A DNA stretch of 40,969 bases, taken from positions 76,291,826 through 76,332,794 of the forward strand of contig NC_057718.1 of the NCBI RefSeq assembly GCF_004010195.1, read 5' to 3'. Below, in pieces: positions 1 through 12,353 of this stretch. A model generated the notes under the pieces. It made no database searches. It was not told the origin of the DNA and worked only from the letters and a program-made list of their open reading frames with translations. Numbering within the stretch: the first letter of the stretch is position 1; each line of letters starts with the position of its first letter. The position numbers and the translations under genes are program-made. Source of the DNA: Chiloscyllium plagiosum (lineage: Eukaryota).

Positions 1-548
1 ATAGCTCCATAGTTCCCTTTATTCAACAGAAATATTGTCACTTCCGATTGTACCCTCTCCCTCTCAAATTGCAGATTGAAGCTTATTGTATTATGGTCAC
101 TACTTTCCAATGGCTCCTTCACTTTGAGGTCCCTGACCAATTCTGGTTAGTTGCACAATACCAGATCCAGAATTGCCTTCTCCCTGGTAGGCTCCAGCAC
201 CAGCTGTTCTAAGAATCCATCTCGGAGGCACTCCACAAAGTCTCTTTCTTGAGGTCCAATACCATCCCGATTCTCCCAGTCTACCTGCATGTTGAAATCC
301 ACCATAACAACTGTAGTAACATCTTTGCGACAGGCCAATTTCAGCTCCTGATTTAACTTACATCCGACATCCACACTACTGTTTGGGGGCCTGTAGATGA
401 CTCCCAAGAGGGTCTTTTACCCTTAGAATTTATCAGCTCTATCCACACTGACTCTACATCCCCTGATTCTATGTCCCCCGCGCAAGGGACTGAATATCAT
501 CCCTTACCAACATTGCCACCCCACCCCCTCTGCCCGTCAGTCTGTTCA
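1..548 (-). mobile_element. CR1 LINE fragment, APE endonuclease region
   Basis: ORF 147-407 has GVIYRPP, DFN, FLEQLVLEPTR and ILDLVLCN, typical of the CR1 ORF2 endonuclease. Confidence 0.92.
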
Positions 549-931
549 CTTTAGCTAACTCTATACTCATTTCAGTATAATTCCCTTCATTTAAAGAAAA
601 CACAGCTGCTCTGATGCAATTTCTCATTGTTGAAATGAGTATTAAATTTTATTATGTTTCCCATTTATTAAACCTGCCTCAAATCCCAGTACCTAATCCA
701 AAATAGCCTATTGTCTGGGTGGCTCCATGACATCTCCAGTGGTTTGGTTGTTGTAGCTACTCTTTCCAATTTGATTAACCCAATCAACATGAAGATTAAA
801 TCATCTGTTAATGTTATTAAAAAGCAATAGTTACAGAGTTGAGTCTGCATCAGAAAAATCAATGGAAATTGGTGGCAAAATTGCTTGCAGGTGCACTGCA
901 CAATCATGTCTTCGAAAGTTTATACTGAGGT

Positions 932-1260
932 ATGTGACAATGCTGACACTTTAAAAAGATTATTTTGTCCATGGTTTTTTTCAAAGAGAGGACCTAAAAG
1001 AAGACGTGCCGAAGAGTCTACTTCAACAACAGAAGGGGAGTGGCCAGTTTTCCCAGTTCAGGGTTTTTCCAGTTTGTTATTAGCACTAGATGTTGGAGTC
1101 CAGAAACACTGCAAGCTTCAGTAAAGGATTCCTTGACCTTCTCTAAAATCTCTCTATGGGTGTTGCTCCCTTCTGCCTGCAAGAATCAGTGTATGAATTT
1201 ACCTTTTTGCCAAAGGGTGTGTTTTACTGCACTAGAACAGTAAATCAGTAATAGTTGCTC
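932..1260. mobile_element. Possible LTR fragment
   Basis: Starts TGTGACAATGCTGACACTTTAA and resembles shark Gypsy-type LTRs as I recall them; no partner LTR or TSD seen. Confidence 0.3.
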
Positions 1261-1397
1261 TATCGAAATGGCATTTCTCACCAACATAAAATTCAGCTGT
1301 TAATGGGATATTATAAAAACAATCAAGATATGAAAAATGCAATTAGCTAAAACTTGACCTTCCCTTGGGAAATAAGGCAAAGCAAGCAACTGAAGTG

Positions 1398-3800
1398 TTA
1401 CTAGTGGAACATTGTGAGACTAGAGACCATAATTCTATTAGCTTTAAAATAGTTATGAAAAAGGATAACATTTCCATAAATGTTCTCATTGGAGTAAGGC
1501 AAAGTTTAATGGTATGAGACAAGAACTTTCAAAAGTTGTTTGGAATAGATTGTCTACAGGTAAAAGAATATCTGACAACTGGGAAACTTTCAAAAGTGTT
1601 AATACAAGAGTTCAGAGGCATTATGTTCCTGTTAGAGTGAGGGGCAAGGCGAATAAAAATGGGGAACATGGATGAATAAAGATATTGAGGTTCTAGTTGA
1701 GAGTAAGAAAGAGCCATACATTAAATATAGACAATTGGGATTAAATGAACCTCTTGAAGAATATAAAGAGTGTAGGGGCATTCTTAAGAGGGAAATCAAG
1801 AAGGCAAAGAGGAGATATGAGATAGTCTTGGCAAATAAGGTTAAAGATAATCCAGAAGAGATTCTATACATGCATTAAGAGCAACCAAAGAGTCTGTTAC
1901 CATGCTGTACATCTCTATGGCTCTATAACAGAGAGAATAGGGCCCCTTAAAGATAAACAAGGTCAACTATGCATTGAACCTCAGATGATGGGATACATAC
2001 TAAATTAATTTTCATGTCTCTGTTTTTACTGTGGAAAAAGAAATGAAGGCTAGGAAACTCAGGGAAATAAATATTGATGTTTATAAAACAGTTCACTTTA
2101 CAGACTTCATGCTGCGGGTCTTAGAAAAACAAAAGTTGAATAAATCGCCAGGACCTAATTGGGTGTGTCCCAGGATGCTGTGGGAAGTTAGGGAAGAAAT
2201 TTCAATGCCCTGAAGAAATATTTGTATCATCTATAACCACGAGGTGCTGGAGCAGTGAAGGGTGGCTAATATTGTGCCTTTATCTAAGAAGGACTATAAG
2301 GAGAAGCCTGGGAACTATAGACCTGTGAGTTTGATGTCTGAAAGATAGGATTTACATCCATTCAGAGAGGCAAGAACTGATTTGGGATAGACAGTATGGT
2401 TTTTGAACAATGGAAATTGTGTCTCACAAACTTGATTGAGTTTTTTTGAGGAAGTAACCAAAAAGATTGAGGAGAACAGAATGGTAGACATTGCTAACAT
2501 AGACTTTAGCATGTGGAACCTTGTCAAACGCTTTACGAAATAACTGCATAAACGCCAGTATCCCATCACCAGGCTAGTAGTTATACGTGCAATATATGGG
2601 CTCTGACCAGCCAGCTCAGAGTCAGTCCCATGAATTAGGAGACTCGCTGAATCTCCCATTTATATCTGTCAGCCCAGGCACTGATTGGCCAAGGTTAACA
2701 ACACCAATCAAGGGTCTCAGTCAGTGAGATCCACCTATTCCTCATTCCAAAATTATAGTAGACTAATTAAATAAAGTTATATATCATGGAATTAAGGAAG
2801 AGCTTGCCAACTGGATACAAAATTGACTTGAAGGTAGGATACAGAGGATTGGTTTTGAGACTCTGTATACAGAGGGTTGGTTTTTAGACTGGAGGCCTAT
2901 GAGAAGCAGCATTCCACTTCTGTTTGTCATTTATATAAACAATTTGGATAGGAGTATAGGAGGCATTGTTAATAAGTTTGCGGATGACACCAAAATTGGT
3001 GGTAAAGTGAACAGTAAAGAAGGTTGCCAAAGATTGCAAAGATCTCTTGATCAATTGGGTCAATGGGCTGAAGAGGGCAGTTGGAGTTTAATTTGACAGA
3101 TTTATGGTGGGGCCTGGGTAGTGTTGCAGAACAAAGAGAGAGCTAGGAGTTCAGGTACATAATTCTTTGAGATTTGCATCTCAGTTAGACAGGGCAGTTA
3201 AGCTGGCATTTAGCATGCTTGCCTTTGTTGTTCAGACCTTGGAATATACGAGTTGGGATATCATATTGAGGTTATACTGGAGGTGAAGCCTCTTCTGGAG
3301 TACTGTGTACAATTCTATAGACCTGCTATAGAAAGGATATCGTTATATTGGAGAGGGTTCAGCAATGATTTACAAGGACGTTGCTGGGAATGGGAAGTTT
3401 GAGTTATAAAATTAGGCTCAGACTTTTTTCACTAGAGCATAGGAAGTTGAGTAGTGACTTTACAGAGATTTATAAAATCATGAGGGGCATAGACAAGGTA
3501 TAGAGTGAGTGGTCAAAATTAGGGGGCATATTTTTAAGGTGAAAAGAAACATTTTAAAAAAGGACAGGAGGGGAAATGTTTTTGTTTACACAGAGTGCTG
3601 TGGAATGAACTGTCAGACTAAGTGGTGGACACAGACACAGTTCCAATATTTAAAACACATTTGGATAAGTACATGAATAGGAAAGATTTGGGGGGATATG
3701 GGCCAAACACAGGCAGGTGTGATTAATTTAGTCTGGGAACATGGTCAGCTTGGACCACTTGGACCGAAGAGTCTATTTCCATATTCTATGACTGTATTAC
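1398..3800 (+). mobile_element. Degenerate CR1 LINE (ORF2 RT region to 3' tail) with nested insertions
   Basis: Fragments KSPGP, NYRPVSL, LFVIYINNLD and KFADDTKIGG; 3' tail ...ctatgactgtattactctg; many stops and frameshifts. Confidence 0.92.
2512..2750. mobile_element. LTR-like insertion interrupting the CR1 RT
   Basis: Non-CR1 sequence splits the CR1 between the DFS motif and the HGI..ELANWIQN segment; it resembles a common shark solo-LTR-like repeat (from recall). Confidence 0.45.
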
Positions 3801-3867
3801 TCTGTTTTCATGCAAGATTAAACATAAACCAGAAACCAGTTGTTCATAACTTGAACAATCTCCTTAC

Positions 3868-3967
3868 TTCTTTTCTGTATTCACAGCAGAGTCTTCTTTC
3901 TTTACCTCTTCACAGCTCCACTTACTTTTAAAGCCACAATCACTTTGAGCTGTTGATCTATCCAAAG
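3868..3967 (-). CDS. SENP6: Coding exon 2 of the SENP6-like gene ((A)LDRSTAQSDCGFKSKWSCEEVKKEDSAVNTEK); the gene continues beyond the left edge
   Basis: Acceptor ctttctgattttgtttcag|CTTTGG and donor GAA|gtaagg. 100 nt, open in the phase-1 frame set by exon 1. The GFKxxWS motif followed by an acidic stretch ending in TEK matches SENP6 GFKNNWS...TDK. Confidence 0.75.
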
Positions 3968-4110
3968 CTGAAACAAAATCAGAAAGAGTTCAGATGGAAA
4001 ATAGACAAGTAACTACTTCCTTTCTCTTTAATATGCAAGGATGCTTAGCTAGAAAACACTATTTTGCGACATTAAATTTAGTTGTAAATAGGTATGGAAA
4101 TGTTCACTAC

Positions 4111-4478
4111 AAGACCATAAGACAATGGAGCAGAATTAGGCTATTTGGCTCATTGCGTTTGCTCCACCACTCAGTCATGGCTGATATATTTGCCAATCTC
4201 ATGCTCCTGCCTTCTTCCTGTAATCTTTGATCCCCTAATAATGGAGAACCTACCTTAAGTACACTTAATGATTTGATTTCCATAGCATTCTGTGGTAATG
4301 AATCCCACGGATTCACCAACCTCCAGCTGAAGAAACTCCTCCTCACCTCAGTTCTGAAGAGTCATCCCTTTACTGAGGCTGTGCCCTCAGGTCCTAGTTT
4401 CTCCTACAAGTGGAAACATCTCTTCCATGTCTACTCTATCAGGGCTCTCAGTATTCCCTAAATTTCAATCAAACCCCT
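4111..4478 (-). mobile_element. CR1 3' end fragment
   Basis: RRSFFSWRLVNPWDSLPQ (CR1 ORF2 C-terminus) and a tail starting caagaccataagac. Confidence 0.85.
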
Positions 4479-4835
4479 ACTGAATTACGATTCTTAAGTC
4501 CCTATGTGCTCACACTTCACTGTGAACCAACTTGCATGCAACCAATCTGCATCAACTCAACCACTTCCTGACTGCATCGGAAATTCAGCTTAAGTTCAGC
4601 ATCTTTACTGGCTGGTTCCATACTCCATTTGCACTTCTAGTTTGATCTATCCATGCCTAAGTTTAATCCACTCCTCTCCTATAAATTCCAAAGCCTGCCC
4701 CTCAAAACCTTGCCATCATCAAAAGAGATGACAGTCACAATCAACTGGCGATCTTTGAGTTTCCCACATTCACCGAATAATTGTTTCCTTGCCACATCTC
4801 CAAGCTTCATCAACAACTCAACAGTAACCATTCAT

Positions 4836-5662
4836 ACAGTCAGAGATGTACAGCATGGAAACAGACCCTTTGGTCCAACCCATCCATGCTGACCAGATAT
4901 CCCAACCCAATCTAGTCCCACCTGCCAGCACCCAGCCCATATCCCTCCAAACCCTTCCTATTCATATACCCATCCAAATGCCTTTTAAATATTGCAATTG
5001 TACCAGCCTCCACCACATTCCTGAAGAAGGGCTTATGCCCAAAACATCGATTCTCCTGCTCCTCGGATGCTGCTTGGCCTGCTGTGTTTTTTCAGCACCA
5101 CATTTTTCAACATCCAGCATCTGCAGTCCTCACTTTCTCCACCACTTCCTCCGGCAGCTCATTCCATACACGTACCACCCTCTGCGTGAAAAAGTTGCCC
5201 CGTAGGTCTCTTTTATATCTTTCTTCTCTCACCCTAAACCTATGCCCTTTAGTTCTGAACTCCCCCATCCCATGGAAAAGAATTTGCCTATTTACCCTAT
5301 CCATGCCCCTCATAATTTTGTAAACCTCTCTAAAGGTCACCCCTCAGCCTCCGACGCTCCAGGGAAAACAGCCCCAGCCTGTTCAGCCTTTCCCTGTAGC
5401 TCAAATCCTCCAACCCTGCCAACATCCTTGTAAATCCTTTCTGAACCCTTTCAAGTTTCACAACATCTTTCTGATAGGAAGGAGACCAGAATTGCACCAA
5501 TATTTCAACAGCGGGCAAACCAATGTCCTGTACAGCTGCAACACGACATCCCAACTCCTGTACTCAGTACTCTGACCAATAAAAGAAAGCATATCAAACA
5601 CCTTCTTCACTATCCTATCTACCTGCAACACCACTTTCAAGGAGCTATGAACCTGCACTCCT
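4836..5662 (-). mobile_element. CR1 3' fragment
   Basis: VQFWSP, LERVQK, LGLFSLERRRLRGDL and FFTQRVVRVWNELP motifs. Confidence 0.93.
5017..5136 (+). mobile_element. Penelope-like terminal (pLTR) fragment inserted into the CR1, with a decayed hammerhead motif
   Basis: Flanked by the 9-bp direct repeat CTCCACCAC (5008-5016 and 5137-5145). Contains CTGAAGA-AGGGC-TTAT-GCCC-aAAAC and is homologous to 28260-28354. Confidence 0.8.
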
Positions 5663-5706
5663 TGGGATAAGGCAGGAAAAGTGGAGTTGAGAAGTATCAG
5701 ATCAAC

Positions 5707-5839
5707 TAGGTAAAAACAATGACCGCAGATGCTGGAACACAGATTCTGGATTAGTGGTGCTGGAAAAGCACAGCAGTTCAGACAGCATCCAAGGAGCTGC
5801 CTGAACTGCTGTGCTTTTCCAGCACCACTAATCCAGAAT
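5707..5839. mobile_element. Short fold-back Penelope terminal fragment inserted in a plus-strand CR1 tail
   Basis: 44-bp arms at 5743-5786 and 5796-5839 with one mismatch; flanking direct repeat TATCAGATCA; homologous to 29191-29290. Confidence 0.8.
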
Positions 5840-7884
5840 TATCAGATCAGCCAAGATCTCACAAAAAGTGAGAGTGAACTCAAATGGACTGAAAGACTAA
5901 TTTCTGCTCCTACTTCTTACAGTCTAAAATACCACAGATGCTGTAAATTTGACACATAAATCGGAAGTGGTGGGGAAACTGACCAATTAAACTTTTAATC
6001 TCTTTCAGGTATGTTCTTCTCTGCAACAGAATTTCCATTTCAATCTTCTGGCTTGCCAATTTAGTTTCTCTCTACAGATGCTGCAAGAGCTGCTGAGTTT
6101 CTCCATCGCTTGATTTTTATTTCAACAGTAACCATGCTTCTATGCTTACTACTTTGGCTCTCAAGCTTGCTATTTCTCCAACACACTAACATTTGAAACC
6201 TTAAATTCAAAAGCCATAAGCTGTCGCATGGCCTCTGAATATGACTTCCATAATTCACTCTGGCACGAAAAAATAGACATACACCAGTGATCTGATTTGA
6301 CTACCTCAAGCATCCCTTCCCCATTTTTGGTTGTCAATCATAGAATCAACAGTGTATGAGGCAGTTATTCAGCGAGTCATGTTTTTTTAAAGTCCTTGCA
6401 AAAGCTGTGCAATTTAATCTTGCCTCCAAATATTTTTGCTAAATCCTGCAAATTAGTCCTAAGTGCAAATTCCCGAACTGTTTGAAAATTCCTATGGAAT
6501 CTGCTTCCTGTAGTCATTGATGTAGCACATTCCAGATCTCAACAATGCTTTGTGTGAAGGAATTTCCTCTTATGCCCAATTGAATTCAATTGAGATTGTC
6601 TCAATTGTCTCAAATCCATGACTTCCAGTTAAGTTACATGCCAGACAAAACTGTATATTTTAACCAACAGTACTAAAACGCCTTAATTTTCAGTACTTTG
6701 ACAGGTCTCTGATTCACCTGGTCTTCTCTAAAAAGAAATCTCATGTACTATAATCTCTCCACAAAACTGAAGATCTCCCATCTGGAGTGTCATTCTACAA
6801 CACATCCTCAAAGCCTTCAAATCCATTCTGAAAGGTGCGGTCTAATTTTGTAAATAATACTGCTGAGATCTGGCCAGAGATTTTAAATGTTTACCACAAT
6901 TTGCTGTCTTTTACATATTAATGTACAACATTAAACTTTTGGTATGTGACATGGAAGTACATTATTTTGACACAAGACATCTCCCCTGCTTTGTCTTTCA
7001 GGGGAGATGGGTAGGAGCTGGGCTGTCAAAGGATCTAGCATAGCAGACCAGAGTAACACTAGAACCAAGCAGGTTACCACAAGAGAAAACCAAACTGAAC
7101 AGAAACTCTTCTGGTTTGGATAAACTGTATCAAGCTTGTGTGATGCCCACATGTTCATAGCTGAATAAATCTGACAGTGCACTAATAAGTGTATTTATAC
7201 ACATCATAATTATAAAATACACGTTTCAGAATGCAAATGGGGTTGAAAAATCTATGCCAAATGGGGTTTTGGAAATCCACCATTTGACAGTGTTTCCAAA
7301 CTTCAGAAAGACTTGTAAAAAACAAAAAAAAGTTTACTGACAGTGGCTTTGACTGGTGGCAGTTCAACAGGTTCCCAGTCAGCTTTTTTTTAAATAAGAA
7401 GTCTAAACTGACAGGAGATGGGGGAATATCAAAAATTCCAGTTAAATTGAAATGTATAATTTAAATTTTAATGGACACCAGCCTCAAACAAGGTTTTCTT
7501 TTAAAACAAAAGGAGTTGCAGTGAAAGTTGATTAATTAACAACCAGCTGAAACTGGATCCTTAAGTGAATGAGCAAAGCCAGTTTCTGTTGAGAGCTTAT
7601 GTAAGCAGCCAACTTAGCACTGAATGTAGCTTTCAACGCAGTACCAGAGTTGAACATCTCAAGGAGTTAAGTAGAGGAAGGAGACAGATATTTGGTTGTA
7701 TTTGCCTAAACAAAGAAGTTGATTGCTAAGTAGGACTGGCGAACATTCCTTACTTTGACTTTAAAGATTAGGTCTCTAGTTTATTTTTTCCTTTGTTTTT
7801 AAAAATTGGGTTGCAAAGTATAAAATTGATACTCATTTTAAAAACAAAGAGCAGGATATTGGAGTGATTAATTGATAAATTAAC

Positions 7885-8003
7885 TGCAGTATGGTGGATA
7901 TGGCAGATAGGTGCTACATTGTTGCTGCAGCATGTGGGAGCTACGAGACACCAAGGTGGTCCAGAGTGAACACATCTGTAGCAAGTATGTGCAGACTGAG
8001 CAA
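7885..8003 (+). mobile_element. CR1 ORF1 5' zinc-finger remnant
   Basis: Reads CCCSMWELRDTKVVQSEHICSK, matching the CxxCxMWE...ICxKC start of fish/shark CR1 ORF1. Confidence 0.6.
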
Positions 8004-8005
8004 CA

Positions 8006-9024
8006 TTGTTTAGGGTGTAGGTTTGCTCGCTGAGCTGTAGGTTTGATATCCAGATGTTTAATTACCTGGCTAGGTAACATCATCAGTGGCGACCTCCAAG
8101 TGAAGCAAAGCTGTTGTCTCCTGCTTTCTATTTATATCTTTCTCCTGGATGGGGTTCCTGGGGTTTGTGGTGATGTCATTTCCTGTTCGTTTTGAGGAGT
8201 TGATAGATGGCATCTAGATCTATGTGCTTGTTTATGGCGTTGTGGTTGGAGTGCCAGGCCTCTAGGAATTCTCTGGCATGTCTTTGCTTAGCCTGTCCCA
8301 GGATAGATGTGTTGTCCCAGTCAAAATGGTGGTTTTTTTCATCCGTGTGTATGGCTATGAGGGAGAGGGGGGTCGTGTCTTTTTGTGGCTAACTTTCTTC
8401 CTGTTTGTCCTACGTAGTTTGTGGCAGTTCTTGCATGGAATTTTATAGATGACGTTGGTTTTGTCCATGGGTTGTACTGGGTCTTTTAAGTTTGTTAGTT
8501 TTTGTTTGAGAGTGTTGGTGGGTTTGTGTGCTACTAGGATTCCGAGGGATCTCAGTAATCTGGTTATCATTTCTGAAACTTCTTTGATATATGGTAAGGT
8601 GGTTAGGGTTTCTGGCTGTGTTTTGTCTGCTTGTCGTGGTTTGTTCCAGTACAACCCATGGACAAAACCAACGCCATCTATAAAATTCCATGATACATGA
8701 ACACCAGCTAGCCACGAAAAGACACAACCCCCTCTCCCTCATAGCCCTACACACGGATGAAAAAAAAAACACCATTTCGACTGGGACAACACATCTATCC
8801 TGGGACAGGCTAAGCAAAGACATGCCAGAGAAACTGACAACCGGAAGTGGCAGGGACAGGCCACTATAAATGCCGGAGGAAACACCATAGAAGCACTTCA
8901 CAGGAGGCTCCCAAGCACTGAGGATGTCACCTAGACAGGGGACGAAACGTTTGCAACAAAAACTTCCAGCTCGGCGAACAGAACCACAGCAACGAGCACC
9001 CGAGCTACAGATCTTCTCACAAAC
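8006..9024. mobile_element. Penelope-like element fragment with internal inversion (minus 8006-~8650, plus ~8647-9024)
   Basis: TLPYIKEVSE and NVIYKIPCKNC (GIY-YIG endonuclease region). The plus arm is the reverse complement of parts of the minus arm, and hammerhead motifs occur at both ends. Confidence 0.9.
8915..8954 (+). ncRNA. Minimal hammerhead ribozyme motif (Penelope pLTR), core intact
   Basis: GCA-CTGAGGA-T-GTCACC-TAGACA-GGGGAC-GAAAC-GTT-TGC: CUGANGA and GAAA boxes, stem II with one mismatch, short self-complementary stem III, stem I GCA/TGC, GUU triplet. Confidence 0.65.
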
Positions 9025-9044
9025 GGGGAAACAATCACTTAAGC

Positions 9045-11350
9045 ATGGACCCTGTCAAGCCCCCAGATAATTATGTATTTCAATAACGTTGCTTCTCATT
9101 CTTCTAAACTCTCATAAGTACAGGTCCAAACTACTCGACTTCGCCTCATAAGAAAATCCCTCCACACCTGGTATTAACGTGTGAACTTTCTTGGGACTGA
9201 CTCCAATACAAGTACAAATTTTTTTAGCTAAGGGGTCCAAAACTGCTTAATGTGGACTTCACTATTTTTACCCTCTTTGAAATAAAGGCTGACATTCCAT
9301 TTGTCTTCTCTACTACCCACTGAACTTGTATGCCAGTCTTTTGAGATGTATGTGTGAGGACTCTCAAAACCCTCATTTAGGCAATATTCAGCTCCTCCAT
9401 TCCTGTCAAAATGCATAACCTATTTTCCAACATTGTGTTCAATTTGCCAACTTTTTGCCCACTCACTTAATTTGGTGGCAGTCTGACACTTGCCTTCCCA
9501 GCACACCTGTCTACAGTGCATAAAATTACATTATCCTAGTCACAAATATATATAACAACATAATAATTAAGAGTAGACAATTTAGTCTCTCAAGCCTGCC
9601 CCATTTGATATGACCATGCTTATCTTGGCCTCAACTCGACCTTCCTGCCTGCTTTCCAGAACACTAACGCATTTACTCAATGTCCCAGCATCCACTGGAC
9701 TCTGGGGAATGAACAACAGGGATTCATGCCCCTGTAAGATAAGTATTCTCTCCTTATCTGGGTTTTGAATCTGCTACCCCTAATCTTAAAACTATGGCTT
9801 CTCATTCTGGATTGTCCCACAAATAAACATCCTTATCAAAGGTCTACTTTGTCAACCGCCTTTAGCATCTTTTATACAATTAGGTCTCCTCTCATCTTTC
9901 TAGACTCAAGAGTATAGGATGAAATTGTTCAGTTTTCTTCATCAGCCAAACCCCTCATCTCTAGAATGAATCTAGTAAACCTCTTCTGAACTGTCTCCAA
10001 TACATTTGTATTCCATCTCAAGTAAGTGGTCTCACTAATGCCTTGGATAGTTACATCAGCATTTCTCTACATTTTCTTACTCTATTCCTTTTACACTAAG
10101 TGCCAAAATTTCATTTGCCTTCCTTATTACCTGTATCTGCATACTATTTGTGATTCATGCAGGATGACACCCAAATCCCTGTGCACCACAGAGCTCTGAA
10201 TTTTCTCTCCATTTTAGATAATAAATTGCCATTCTATTCCCCGAATCAAAACAGATTACCTCACACTTAACCACATTAATCTTTATCTGCCAAATTTTGA
10301 CCCATTCACCTCATCTATCTATAACCACTTGTTAATTTCTTATTTCTTGGTTGCAACTTACTTTCCTAACTATTTTAGTGTCACCTGCACATTTGCCTAT
10401 AGTACTTTCTATTCCCACCTCTAAATCATTAATATAGATAGTAAACAGATAGGAGTCCAGTACCAAATGTTGTGGCACTGTACTAGTTACGTCTTGCTAA
10501 CTAGAAAAAGACCCAGTTATCCAGACTTTTCTGCTTTCTTTTGGTTAGCCAATTCTCTATCCAAGCTGATATACTATCCCCAACACCATGGACTCTTAAC
10601 TTACTGATCTTACTTCTGTAAGATCTTTTGGAAGTTCAAAAATATTATATCATTTGGTTCCCCTTTGCCTTTACTGTTTGTGACCTTTTCAGAAATTTAA
10701 TAAGCCTCTCAGGCATAAATCCCTCTTCACAAAGCTATGCTGTCTCTACTTCATTTTAGTAAGCATTCCTAAATACTGTTATTAGACCCATGATAACAGA
10801 CCTTTTTTCCCCCCCAAAGAGTTATGCTTACTAGTTTATTAGTTACCTGTTTTTATTTTGTCTGCCTCCCTTTTTGATTAACTGTTGTTTATTGGTAGTT
10901 TTCCAATCCTTTAGGAATTTTCCAAAATCTAGGATTTTTGAGAAATTACTACCAGTGCATCCACTATCGGAGTAGCTATTCCCTTTAATATCCTAGGATG
11001 CAACCCATCAGTCATTAGCCCCATTAGTTGTCTCAGGTTTTTATTCCTTTCGTGAGAGATATTGTACTTATTACCTCTCCTTGATTATTTAATATTTTTG
11101 GGATGTTGTTAGTCATCTACCATAATGATTAAAGAAGAGTATTTGTTCATTTCCTGGTTCACCATTATTATTTCCCCAGCCTCATTCGCTAAAAGGCTCA
11201 TGTTCACTCTTTTCCTTTTTACATATCTAACGAAGTTCTTACAATGTCTTTTTATATATTACTTGCAAGCTTATACTCAAGTTTATTTTCTCTTTTGTTT
11301 TTCGTTATTGAATTTTGAAACTCTCCCAATCCCCTGGTTTACCACTAATC
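9045..11350 (-). mobile_element. Old CR1 fragments (at least two pieces)
   Basis: Reverse strand shows decayed QFWTP, KFAGDTKIV and NWVFF/RPVS-like RT segments and a CR1 3' tail near 9570. Confidence 0.75.
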
Positions 11351-11482
11351 TTTGACACATAGCCTTAAATTGAAAGGAAAAGAAAATCCTTAAATTAATC
11401 AGTACACTGTAGGGAATCTAATCTAATCATAATCAAATCATAATAATTAATTGATCCCTTACCTAAAGGCCTCCTTCCTTGA

Positions 11483-12112
11483 GTCAAAGAGTCCTACAGC
11501 ACAGAAATAGGACCTTTGACCCACCATGACTATGTCAACCAACGAACACCAAACTACACTAATCTCATTGTTGTGTCCTTTGACCAAGTATACAATGCCC
11601 TGGCACTTCAAGTACTTATCTCAAGTACTTATCTCGATACTCCCACAACATTTAGGAAGTATCTGCCTTCACCACCCATTCAAACAGCACATTCCATATT
11701 TCTAACACCCTTTGCGTCTAAAAATTCTCTTTCCGATCTCCTCTAAACTGTTGCTTCACCTTAAACTTGTGCCGTCTAGCTTTACACACAAATATCATGG
11801 GGAAGAGTTTCTCACAATCTACTCTGCCTATGCTTTTCAATTTTGTGTATCTCAATCAGATTCCCCCTTCAGCCTCCACTGCTCCAAGAAAAACAAACCC
11901 AGACTATTTAGTCTCTCCTTATAACAGATTTTCTATCCCAGGCAACATCCTGGTGAATCTCCTCCGCACCCTCTCCAATGCAATCACACCCTCCTGATTA
12001 TGAAGTTCTGGTCGCCATACTCACTACTTCATCTGTAGCTTAACCAATGTTTTATAAAGATGTAACAAGACTTCCTTGCTCCTATATTCTACACCTCAGC
12101 TAAATGAATGCA
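11483..12112 (-). mobile_element. CR1 3' fragment
   Basis: Tail agagtcctacagcacagaa...; reverse strand LERVRRRFTRMLPG. Confidence 0.8.
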
Positions 12113-12249
12113 AGCATCCAATATAACTCCATCACCTCTCGTCTGCCCCTGGCCCAAACCCCCAACCACACATGCCCCCACAACCTTGTCCAACTCCTCC
12201 CCGCAACATCTGCACCCACCCCACCAGCTTCCCCCCCCCACCCAGGTCA

Positions 12250-12314
12250 GCTGGACTGGACACCAACAGTGGCCTTTGGGGTGAGTCTCAAAATAGCACG
12301 CGCATGCGTACACA

Positions 12315-12353
<39 letters not shown>

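Noticed and set aside
6978..7009. 11-bp hairpin CATCTCCCCTG/CAGGGGAGATG
   Set aside because: Short and isolated, with no RNA-family motif; terminator logic does not apply in this context.
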